A stretch of 64,000 nucleotides of DNA from Terrimicrobiaceae bacterium (GTDB lineage: Bacteria; Verrucomicrobiota; Verrucomicrobiia; Chthoniobacterales; Terrimicrobiaceae). Location of the stretch: assembly GCA_044342325.1 (NCBI GenBank), contig JBIIPZ010000003.1:36930-100929 (forward strand), read 5' to 3'. Position numbers and translations under genes: made by a program. Below are positions 49,372-57,693 of this stretch, one piece after another. Within the stretch, counting starts at the first letter, position 1; each line of letters starts with the position of its first letter. The notes below the pieces were generated by a model. The model did not search any database and was not told where the DNA came from. It was given only the letters and a program-made list of their open reading frames with translations.

Positions 49372-49454
49372 CCGATGAGTCAAGTATAAGTCAACTCATT
49401 AGTCAAGCCATCAGCGGAGAGCTTGTATGCGTGGAAGCGGGCGGGGCGTTTTTT

Positions 49455-50450
49455 TCAGAGGCTGCAAGCCGCATCGATCGCGGTGAGTTCCTCGGGGGTG
49501 ATGTGTGTTTTTTCCAAAGTGACTACATTTTCCTGAATCTGCTGGAGGCTGCTGGCTCCGATGAGAACGGATGTGACTGCGGGGCGGGTGAGCACCCATG
49601 CTAGGGCGAGTTGGGCGAGCGTCTGACCGCGATTCGCGGCGATCTCTGCGAGGGAGCGAATGCGTTGCATTTTTTCCTCGGTGACCTGGTCTGGCTTGAG
49701 GAATCCATGGGGCTTGCTGGCTCTGGATCCGTCTTCGATTCCGTTCAGATAGCGGCTTGTGAGAAGACCCTGTGCGAGCGGGCAGAATGCGATGCAGCCG
49801 GCGCCCACATGGAGGAGGACATCTGAGAGGCCGTCCTCTACCCAGCGGTTGAATAAATTATACTGGGGTTGGTGGATCAGGAGCGGAACGCCGGCGGATG
49901 CGAGAAGATCAGCGGCGCGGCGAGTCATGTCGGCAGGATAGTTTGAAACGCCTGCGTAAAGTGCCTTACCCGAGCGCACGGCTTGCACAAGAGCGCCGAT
50001 AGTTTCCTCTAACGGAGTTTCCGTATCGGGACGGTGACTGTAGAAAATATCCACATAATCGAGTCCGAGGCGCTTGAGACTTTGGTCCAGACTGGCGAGA
50101 AGGTATTTCCGGGAACCCCACTCTCCGTGCGGGCCGGGCCACATGCGGTAACCGGCCTTGGTCGAGACAACGAGCTCGTCGCGATGTGCACGCAGGTCGT
50201 TTTTTAAAATCCGTCCGAATGTCTCTTCGGCACTGCCGGGCACGGGGCCGTAGTTGTTAGCGAGATCGAAATGCGTGATGCCAAGGTCGAAGGAACCAAG
50301 GATCATTTCCTGGCAGTTTTCAAACACATCGACACTGCCGAAGTTATGCCACAAACCGAGCGAGATTGCAGGTAGGAGGAGGCCGCTCCGTCCACAGCGT
50401 CTGTAAGGCATGTGGTCGTATCGGGTGGTGGATGGGATATGGGACATCAT
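49455..50450 (-). CDS. gpr: Aldo/keto reductase, YghZ/Gpr-like (L-glyceraldehyde-3-phosphate reductase)
   Basis: YRRCGRSGLLLPAISLGLWHNFG, FDLANNYGP, STKAGY, YVDIFYSHRPD. Confidence 0.88.
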   Translation of the reverse strand: MMSHIPSTTRYDHMPYRRCGRSGLLLPAISLGLWHNFGSVDVFENCQEMILGSFDLGITHFDLANNYGPVPGSAEETFGRILKNDLRAHRDELVVSTKAGYRMWPGPHGEWGSRKYLLASLDQSLKRLGLDYVDIFYSHRPDTETPLEETIGALVQAVRSGKALYAGVSNYPADMTRRAADLLASAGVPLLIHQPQYNLFNRWVEDGLSDVLLHVGAGCIAFCPLAQGLLTSRYLNGIEDGSRASKPHGFLKPDQVTEEKMQRIRSLAEIAANRGQTLAQLALAWVLTRPAVTSVLIGASSLQQIQENVVTLEKTHITPEELTAIDAACSL

Positions 50451-51565
50451 AGGGTTTTTTCAAAAAGACCCCACTCGCGGTCGGGCTCGCCGCCGACGAT
50501 TTGGCATACATCGATGATTTCGGCGTTGGTGTCTTCGAGCCAGCCGAGTATGGCGTGGGTGTGGTGTTTTTTGGCTTCGCTGAATTGCTCATGCACGAGC
50601 CAGGCGTGGAGGCCCTTGTCGCGAAATTCCGGAACCACGCCGAGCACGGTCTGGCGGCAGGTTTTGATCTTCCGGGTTTTCATCAGGAAAAAAATATGGA
50701 GCAAGCGCAGCCAATGCGGCGTGTTTTTAGCTGCGGCGAGGATTTCGTTGAAGTTCGGCAGAGTGATGGCCACGCCGGCGTCACGGCCTTTCGATTCGCC
50801 GATGAGCAGCAGGCGGGGATCGGCGATGGCGCGAATATCTTCCGCCGAGTCGAGCAAGTCCTCCATGCCGATGGGAACGAATCCCCAGTTCCTCTCGAGG
50901 GTGGCATTGTAAACTTCGCGGACGATTTTAAGTTCCTCGTCGAGCCGCTTGAGTTGGAAGGGGCGGGTCGTGAGGTTGGCGCGTTTTTTCAAGCGCTCCA
51001 CGATGCGGGTAAACCTCTCCGGAGGATTGAGCTGGTGGAGAGGGAGACTGAGCACATAGAGGGTGCGGACTTTTTTGAAGCCCAGATCTTCGAGCAGGCT
51101 GGCGTAGTAGGAAGGATTCCATGGCAAGCCGATGACGGGCTGTTTTTCGAAGCCGTTCAGGAGAACCCCACAGTCGTCATTGATGCTGGGATTGTAAGGT
51201 CCGCGCAAGGTATCGAGGCCCGCTTCCCGGAGAACCTCGGCGGCCTTCTCAAAAAGCGCGCGGGCCACAGCAGGTTCATTCAGACAGTCAAAAAAACCAA
51301 AGAAGCCGACCTTGTCTTTGTGATATTCGTTGTGCGAGCGGTTCACGACCGCCGCGATGCGGCCGATGGGTCGTCCATCGCGCTCGGCGATGAAAGCTGT
51401 GATGGTGCCGTGGCGACGCTGGAATGTGGAATCAGGCGCGAGAAACTTTGCGACGCTACCGGGAAACGGCGGCACGAAGGCCGGATCCGTTTTGTGAATG
51501 CTCTCCGCCGTTCTCTCGAACCGCATCCTCTGCGACGGCGTCTGGCAAACGGAAATCGAAAACAT
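50447..51565 (-). CDS. GNAT-fold protein, YghO/bacterial ceramide synthase (bCerS)-like
   Basis: DPAFVPP, GRIAA, VGFFGFFDC, RGPYNPSINDDCGVLLNGF, WNPSYY, NWGFVP, LGVVPEFRDKG, WLEDTN. Start MFSISV inferred from the family N-terminus. Confidence 0.75.
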   Translation of the reverse strand: MFSISVCQTPSQRMRFERTAESIHKTDPAFVPPFPGSVAKFLAPDSTFQRRHGTITAFIAERDGRPIGRIAAVVNRSHNEYHKDKVGFFGFFDCLNEPAVARALFEKAAEVLREAGLDTLRGPYNPSINDDCGVLLNGFEKQPVIGLPWNPSYYASLLEDLGFKKVRTLYVLSLPLHQLNPPERFTRIVERLKKRANLTTRPFQLKRLDEELKIVREVYNATLERNWGFVPIGMEDLLDSAEDIRAIADPRLLLIGESKGRDAGVAITLPNFNEILAAAKNTPHWLRLLHIFFLMKTRKIKTCRQTVLGVVPEFRDKGLHAWLVHEQFSEAKKHHTHAILGWLEDTNAEIIDVCQIVGGEPDREWGLFEKTL

Positions 51566-52796
51566 TTTTACGGCGTCCTGGATTGGCATAGGCAGGGTCA
51601 TCAAAGGTTCCCAACTCGCGGGCGAGTTTCTCAAAAATTTCCAACACGCGATCAAGGTCTTCATCCGTGTGTGTGGCCATGAAGCTGGTGCGAACGATGG
51701 CTTCACCATAACGCACGGCGGGATAGATGGCTGGCGTGGCGAATATTCCCTCCTCAAAAAGACGCTGGGTGAAGACAAAGGCCTTCGCCTCACTGCCAAT
51801 GAGAATAGGCACAATCGGCGTTTTGGTTTCGCCGATATTGAACCCGATGCGCTTGAAACCCTCGTGCATCTTGCGGGTATTACGCCAAAGTTGTTCGATG
51901 CGCCACTCCTCCTCTTGCATGAGTTCCAGAGCCTTTTTCACGCCGCCAACAACGGCTGGGGCAAGGGCGGCTGTGAAAATCAAACATCGGGCGCGGTGCT
52001 TCAGATACTCGACCATCTGGCCATTTCCAGCGATGAAGCCGCCCATGGAGCCAAGCGATTTCGAGAAAGTGCCCATGGTGATGTCCACCTGGTCTTGCAC
52101 ACCGAAATGATCCACGGTGCCGCGCCCTTGGCGGCCCAGCACGCCGAGCGAGTGGGCCTCATCCACATAAACAAAGGCACCGTGGCGCTTCGACACAGGG
52201 ATGATTTCAGGCAGGTTGGCGATGTCGCCCGACATGCTGAAAACGCCATCCAGGATGACCAAGCGACCGGATTCGTCCGGCACGCGCTTGAGGCGGTTTT
52301 CGAGAGATGTGGCGGAGTTGTGACGGAAAGGAATCAACTTCGCAGGCGCAAACTGGCAACCATCGATGATGCTGGCGTGGTTCTCGCGGTCGCAGAGGAT
52401 GGAGTCTCCCTCCTCCGTGAGCGCGATCAAGGCACCTTGATTGGCAAAAAAACCGGTGGAGAAAAGAATGGCGTCCTCGCAGCCAAGAAAATCGGCAATG
52501 GCCTCCTCCAACTCCACATGCAGCTTGATCGTGCCATTCAGGAGTCGAGAACCAGTGCAGCCGGCACCATATCGTCGCGTCGCCTCGCAGGCTGCCTCAA
52601 CTACGCGCGCATCTTGAGCAAGACCGAGGTAATTGTTCGACCCGATCATGATCTTTCGCTCACCGTCACAGATCACATAATTGCCGTGCGGTTCCTCGAT
52701 AGATCGGAAATAGGGATAAAACCCTTGGGCGCGCGCATCCGCACTGTCCCTATATTCCCTGCATTTTTGAAAGAGATCTCTCGGTCCGTTAGCCAT
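51456..52796 (-). CDS. PLP-dependent alpha-oxoamine synthase, serine palmitoyltransferase-like
   Basis: GFYPYFR, GSNNYLGL, GCTGSRLLNGT, NHASIIDG, DGVFSMSGD, VDEAH, MGTFSKSL (PLP lysine). Confidence 0.85.
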   Translation of the reverse strand: MANGPRDLFQKCREYRDSADARAQGFYPYFRSIEEPHGNYVICDGERKIMIGSNNYLGLAQDARVVEAACEATRRYGAGCTGSRLLNGTIKLHVELEEAIADFLGCEDAILFSTGFFANQGALIALTEEGDSILCDRENHASIIDGCQFAPAKLIPFRHNSATSLENRLKRVPDESGRLVILDGVFSMSGDIANLPEIIPVSKRHGAFVYVDEAHSLGVLGRQGRGTVDHFGVQDQVDITMGTFSKSLGSMGGFIAGNGQMVEYLKHRARCLIFTAALAPAVVGGVKKALELMQEEEWRIEQLWRNTRKMHEGFKRIGFNIGETKTPIVPILIGSEAKAFVFTQRLFEEGIFATPAIYPAVRYGEAIVRTSFMATHTDEDLDRVLEIFEKLARELGTFDDPAYANPGRRKNVFDFRLPDAVAEDAVRENGGEHSQNGSGLRAAVSR

Positions 52797-52923
52797 CAAA
52801 TTAGTGAGCAAGATTTGCACCTGCACATGAGAAGTAAATCATTTTCCCATCCTCAAGAGAGTAGGTGCGGTTTGAGATTTCTACGAGCAAAGCCAATGGG
52901 AAGGTGCAAAAAAAATTAGCATC

Positions 52924-54297
52924 CTACTCAAGTGAGTAGCTGCGCCCCGACTCCGGAACGATCACCTCGGTGCCGCCGAGTTCACGGAAGAGCGCCAGTT
53001 GAAACCAATCGAGTGCCGGGCGGTCACCGTGAACGAGAAGGATTTTCGACGGCCGCAGGAGGGCGGCATAGTTTCTGATCGTTTCCCGGTTTGTGTGTGC
53101 GCTGAAACTGAACTCACGGACATCGCACTTCAGCGAAATCGCAGGGTGGTCCTTGTCGAGCATGATCTCATCCCCCGGCGAGGCTTTTCGGATGCGGGCC
53201 GAAGGTGAGTCGGGATCGGAATAGCCGACGAAGAACAAATGCTGCGAGGCGTCTCCAAGAATCCGGCGGGCAAAAATATTTGAGAGCGTGTGCTCGGTCA
53301 TCATACCGCTCGACAACGCATAGATCGCGCGCTTGCGGGGCTGCACATTTTGAATTTCGCGGCCCGAAAGCACGTAGGGAGCCATTTCCTGCAGCAGTTG
53401 CAACTCGGGATGGTTCCGCACCGAGGTCGCTGCCATGGCATCATACGCGGTCGTGACCTTCACGCTGAGGCCACCGATATAGACGGGAATGTTGCCGATT
53501 TCCCCGCGCAGCCGCATTTGCCAGAGCAGGGCCAGAACCTCTTGGGTCTTGCCAAGGGCGAAAACAGGAATCGTCACAGTGCCACCATTGGCAATCGCCT
53601 CGCTCACGGAGCGCGAGAATCGCTCCTCCTCATTCGCGCGGGAAAAACCCACCGGTGTCGGCGAGTCGCCGCGGGTTGTTTCCATGAGCAGGTAGTCGAC
53701 ACCCTCCTCCGGAAAGTCAGCCCCCGTCATGATCGTCTGGTTCTCGAAATTCACATCACCCGTGTAGAAAAACGACTTTCCTGCATGGCGGATGAGCACC
53801 CCCACCGAGCCGAGAATATGCCCCGCGTGGTAGAACTCGAAAGTGACTTCATGGTCATCATCGCACAGATCGCCCAGGAGGTTGCGACGCTGGCGCAGCG
53901 GGCATCGCACCCAAGCCTGCTGGCAAAAATCCACACCACGGTGTGTGTAGAGCGGATACTCCATGAGCTTCAACTCCTCGCGCTGGCGCGTCATGACATT
54001 CACGGAATTGTGCAGCATGATGTCTGCGATATTCGCCGTGCCCTCGGTCATGAAAACCGGACACTGCGGCTCACGGCGCGTCAGCACCGGCAATGAGCCG
54101 ATGTGGTCTTGGTGCGCATGGGTGATGATGATGGCATCCACCGTTCCCTGCGGAACGGTCGCCAGATTCGGAGTGGAGCCCAGCCCATCGACCTTCGGAT
54201 CCGCCCCCGCATCAAGAATGATATTTTTGCCCCCGACACGCAGCCAGTAACAATTTGAGCCGATCCCGAGGTGGCGGGTGAGGTTGACGAAATCCAT
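52924..54297 (-). CDS. Metallo-beta-lactamase/beta-CASP family ribonuclease
   Basis: THAHQDHIG, AGHILGS, YTGD, PVFALGKTQE, SSGMM, FSAH, LVHGD. Confidence 0.9.
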   Translation of the reverse strand: MDFVNLTRHLGIGSNCYWLRVGGKNIILDAGADPKVDGLGSTPNLATVPQGTVDAIIITHAHQDHIGSLPVLTRREPQCPVFMTEGTANIADIMLHNSVNVMTRQREELKLMEYPLYTHRGVDFCQQAWVRCPLRQRRNLLGDLCDDDHEVTFEFYHAGHILGSVGVLIRHAGKSFFYTGDVNFENQTIMTGADFPEEGVDYLLMETTRGDSPTPVGFSRANEEERFSRSVSEAIANGGTVTIPVFALGKTQEVLALLWQMRLRGEIGNIPVYIGGLSVKVTTAYDAMAATSVRNHPELQLLQEMAPYVLSGREIQNVQPRKRAIYALSSGMMTEHTLSNIFARRILGDASQHLFFVGYSDPDSPSARIRKASPGDEIMLDKDHPAISLKCDVREFSFSAHTNRETIRNYAALLRPSKILLVHGDRPALDWFQLALFRELGGTEVIVPESGRSYSLE

Positions 54298-54373
54298 GTG
54301 GAGCGAAGGTGGGTGAGGAATGGCGGTTCCTCAATGTTTAAATCCGGCCGCCAAAACAAAAGCGGGACGGGGA

Positions 54374-54787
54374 TTACATCCGTCCCTCATCCGCATCGAT
54401 GTAATGGAACATCGTTTGGATATCGTCGCGGTTTTCGAATCCGCTCTCTTTTTTGCGACTGACAAGGCGCTCACTGAGTTCATCGCTCCAACCGCGCTTC
54501 ACCATGAAGTTGTTCCAAATCTCGATTTGCTCCTCCGTGGGACGCGTGCCTTTTTGGAAGCACCACTCGAGCACCTCTTCATCGGTCCCACCCGCAAGCA
54601 CGCGGTTTTTCAAATCAGAGTAACTCACGGCGAGAAATGTTGAGATGCGTTCATCGAAGCCTTGGCCGAGATTCGCATGGAGATCCGAATGCAACTCCTC
54701 GGCAGCCATGAGGCGGATTTTATCCACCATGCGTCCGAAGTAGACGATTCCACCGACCTGATCCTTGGGTGAGCGCGGGTATTTCAT
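54374..54787 (-). CDS. DUF5069-like protein
   Basis: MKYPRSP..VGGIVYFGRMVDKIR...FD...FL...TDEEVLEW...IDADEGR. Confidence 0.75.
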   Translation of the reverse strand: MKYPRSPKDQVGGIVYFGRMVDKIRLMAAEELHSDLHANLGQGFDERISTFLAVSYSDLKNRVLAGGTDEEVLEWCFQKGTRPTEEQIEIWNNFMVKRGWSDELSERLVSRKKESGFENRDDIQTMFHYIDADEGRM

Positions 54788-54845
54788 GAGGCCATGCTGT
54801 CAGCGCCCCGACAGGCATGAAAGGCTGAAAAACAAGACCCCTGAT

Positions 54846-54902
54846 AAAAGTTGAAGCCCGTCGCAACGAATGCTGCAACGGGCTTCTGTTCCCCCCAGAA
54901 CA
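54846..54902 (-). ncRNA. Candidate small RNA, copy 2
   Basis: Own promoter (A-tract, TTGCAG-16 bp-TATGTT, TG extension; 54908-54935); 54/57 identical to copy 1. Confidence 0.7.
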
Positions 54903-54992
54903 GGATCAACATAACACTCGAGTCCGGAACTGCAACAACTTTTTTAATTTTTTTTGTGACCCGCAAGGACTGGTCTTTTCAAGAGAAGCGAA

Positions 54993-56015
54993 TCACTCCG
55001 CGCGGCGCGCCCAGCGGAGTTTGGCTGATGTGGCGCGGGGGTTGGTTCGGCACTCGTCGGACGAGGCTCGCGTAACCTCATCGGCGATGGAGCTGAAAAT
55101 CCCCTCGCGGAACCCAGCTTGGAATGCCTTTTTGACACGACGATCCTCGCCGGAGTGGAAGGTCAGGATGGCCACACGCCCGCCGGGACTCATGCAGGGG
55201 GGCAAGGCACGCAAGAGAGCATCCAAGGCGCTGAACTCTTCGTTTACGGCAATTCGCACGGCTTGAAAAACACGCCGGATCGCTTTCTCCACTAGTTCGG
55301 CAGGCCGGTGCGGAAGAGCGCTTCGGATGGCATCGGCCAAGTCTGTCGTGGTTTCGAGGCATTTCCCGGCAAGCCCCGCCGCGAGCGCGGCGGCATCCGG
55401 TTCATCGGCATTTTCAATCAATGCCTCCTCCAGCGCGGGCGGCCTTATTTTCAAGAGCCACTGGGCGGCGGAAACACCCCTCGAGGGGTTCATCCTCATA
55501 TCAAGAGGTCCAGCGGATTTCCAAGTGAAGCCCCTTGCGGGATTATCCAACTGCATCGAGGAAACTCCCAAGTCAGCCAGGATCACATTCGCTCCCGAAA
55601 AACCTGAATCCGCCAGGGCGGCAGGAAGTCCGGCGAAATTCGATTTCCTTGCGGTGAAAATCCCTTCACCAAAGCCCTCGGCACGCAAAGCGGCCTCGGT
55701 CTTGGGAAGCTCCAGCGGGTCGGCATCGAGTCCGATGACATGCCCGCCTGGAGCGACACGCGAGAGAAGACGGCGCGTGTGCCCACCGAAGCCCAGCGTG
55801 CAATCGACAGCGGTGTCGCCGGGACGAGGATCAAGGATCTCGAGGATTTCCTCCACCATGATTGGCACATGGCTGCCGGCTGGCGTCTTGCCTGAAGCGA
55901 GCACGCGGGCGAGCGTGTCGGGATTCCCCGAGAGTTCCTTGTATTTTTGATCAAACCGTCGCGGGTATTTGCCCGAATAGCGTGGTCGGCGGCGGTGCGG
56001 CGTCTCTTCGCTCAA
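54993..56015 (-). CDS. rsmH: 16S rRNA m4C1402 methyltransferase RsmH (MraW) family
   Basis: HVPIM, DCTLGFGGH, ADLGVSSMQLD, GPLDMRM, FQAVRIAVNEE, TFHSGEDRRVK, NPRATSAKLR. Confidence 0.9.
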   Translation of the reverse strand: MSEETPHRRRPRYSGKYPRRFDQKYKELSGNPDTLARVLASGKTPAGSHVPIMVEEILEILDPRPGDTAVDCTLGFGGHTRRLLSRVAPGGHVIGLDADPLELPKTEAALRAEGFGEGIFTARKSNFAGLPAALADSGFSGANVILADLGVSSMQLDNPARGFTWKSAGPLDMRMNPSRGVSAAQWLLKIRPPALEEALIENADEPDAAALAAGLAGKCLETTTDLADAIRSALPHRPAELVEKAIRRVFQAVRIAVNEEFSALDALLRALPPCMSPGGRVAILTFHSGEDRRVKKAFQAGFREGIFSSIADEVTRASSDECRTNPRATSAKLRWARRAE

Positions 56016-56362
56016 AGCTCGTTGTATTTTTTATTTGAGCCCCGCGCCTTGGAAACGGCATACCGCTCCTCGTTCCGAGCCAACTTCGCCCGCATCGCGG
56101 CAGCAAGATCCACTTCACAATTGGCCGCCATCTCAAAAAGCAAAATCGCCACATCAGCCATCTCGGATTCGATCTCCGCCCGGCGCGCCGAAATCCTCTC
56201 GAGCGATTGCCCCGCATCCTGCCAAACAAAGTGCTGAAGCAACTCGCCTGCTTCCGCAGCGATGGCCACTGCCATTTCCTTCGGATTGTGAAATTGGGCC
56301 CAGTCCCGCGCATCGCGGAAGGCGCAGATTTCCGCAGTGAGTTCCTTGATACTGTCGCTCAT
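56012..56362 (-). CDS. MazG-like nucleotide pyrophosphohydrolase (dCTP pyrophosphatase-like)
   Basis: FRDARDWAQFHNPK, EAGELL..F.W, EMADV, KLARNEERY. Confidence 0.9.
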   Translation of the reverse strand: MSDSIKELTAEICAFRDARDWAQFHNPKEMAVAIAAEAGELLQHFVWQDAGQSLERISARRAEIESEMADVAILLFEMAANCEVDLAAAMRAKLARNEERYAVSKARGSNKKYNEL

Positions 56363-56640
56363 GCCGAAATGTTATCTCCGGAAATAGGAAAACCGGCAAC
56401 CAAACCAACCAATTTTTTTCAGGCAACTTGAAGAGGCGTCACATTCGAGCACCATCGTCCTCGCATGGCCCATTTTTCAGCCAAGCGGGACGGAGGAAGC
56501 ACATCGCAAATGGCCCGAAAGGCGAAGCGAGCTGGCTTCCTGCTCGGAGAGCGATACAACTCGGAGAGGCGCGAGCAAAGCAAAAGTGGCCCCTCCAAGG
56601 GTCTGCGCGCTGCCGCGCAGGTCTGCCGGGCTGCGTAGGC

Positions 56641-57693
56641 TTAAAGTTCGGCTGCGAAGGATTCGATGTCGGCGCTGCGGATTGCGGCGCGGAGAAGTGA
56701 TTGCAACCTGGCAGTGTCGGCGATCGACTCGATTTCCTCGCGCAGACCCTCCGGAACTCGTTCGAAACGGATTTCCAGCGCTTCGAGGATGTCTTGTTGT
56801 TTGGAGAGGATCAAACCTTCCTGACGACCTTCCTGACGACCTTCCTGACGACCTTCCTGACGACCTTCCTGACGACCTTCCTGACGACCTTCGTGACGAC
56901 CTTCTTGGCGGCCCTCCTGACGACCTTCTTGGCGGAATTGTTCGGCGAGTGACATGGCGTTTTTGCTCAGTTTTGGGTTGTGCAGCGTTTGTAGTTTCCG
57001 ACGAAAGGCGGGCTTGTCAAGGTCGCGGTCCAGGATGTAGCGCATCAGCATTTCGAAGCACGCCGGGGACAACTGGACCAGTAATGATTCGTCCCAGACG
57101 GAGTCATCAAGGAGGGCTTGGAGTTTTTCGGCTTTGAGCGCTCGCAGGGTGAGGATCCCCATCGGCGTGCCGAGAATTTTTTCATACGGCATGCGGAACA
57201 ACTCCACGAGCTGGAATTCAAAGTCGGGGATGTGTTTTCTGATGTCCTCCCCTGCCCCTTCGGAAATGTCGATCAAGTCAGCGAAGCGGGTGGAACTTGT
57301 CCAGGGCTTGTTGTCCTGCGCGAGGACGAGCGGCAGGATGGGAGGGAGTTTCGTGGCGCCGGGATTGTTGCGGAGATAGTCGTTCCAGATGCGGACCATG
57401 TAGGTGAGCAGGCGCAGGCCGATGAGCGGGTCTTCCTGGTTCTGGTGCTCGAAGAGGATGTAGAGGAAGGCAGGTTGGCCGTCGATTTTCGCAGTAAATA
57501 GTAGGTCGCTCGAGGTGGCGGCGAATTCCGGGTCGATGAAAGTGCCACTGACCAGAGTCAACGAGCTCCAATCCATGCGGCGGGTGAGCTTGCGCGGTAG
57601 ATTGGCTTCCAGAAAGGCCCGGGCGTTGTCGGAGTCCGAAAAGGTGGACTTGACGAGCTTGTCGTGGGGTTGGTGGAGAGGACTCTCGGGCAT
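56641..57693 (-). CDS. Rpn family recombination-promoting nuclease/putative transposase (YhgA-like)
   Basis: PHDKLVKSTF, SDLLF, YILFEHQ, LPPILPLV, MSLAEQF-(RQEG)n tail. Confidence 0.92.
   Translation of the reverse strand: MPESPLHQPHDKLVKSTFSDSDNARAFLEANLPRKLTRRMDWSSLTLVSGTFIDPEFAATSSDLLFTAKIDGQPAFLYILFEHQNQEDPLIGLRLLTYMVRIWNDYLRNNPGATKLPPILPLVLAQDNKPWTSSTRFADLIDISEGAGEDIRKHIPDFEFQLVELFRMPYEKILGTPMGILTLRALKAEKLQALLDDSVWDESLLVQLSPACFEMLMRYILDRDLDKPAFRRKLQTLHNPKLSKNAMSLAEQFRQEGRQEGRQEGRHEGRQEGRQEGRQEGRQEGRQEGRQEGLILSKQQDILEALEIRFERVPEGLREEIESIADTARLQSLLRAAIRSADIESFAAEL
56815..56934 (-). repeat. Coding 12-bp tandem repeat (10 units, RQEG)
   Basis: ACCTTCCTGACG units on the plus strand. Confidence 0.92.

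Noticed and set aside
56815..56934. CRISPR-like array (also 41715-41846)
   Set aside because: Head-to-tail coding repeats with no spacers and no cas genes
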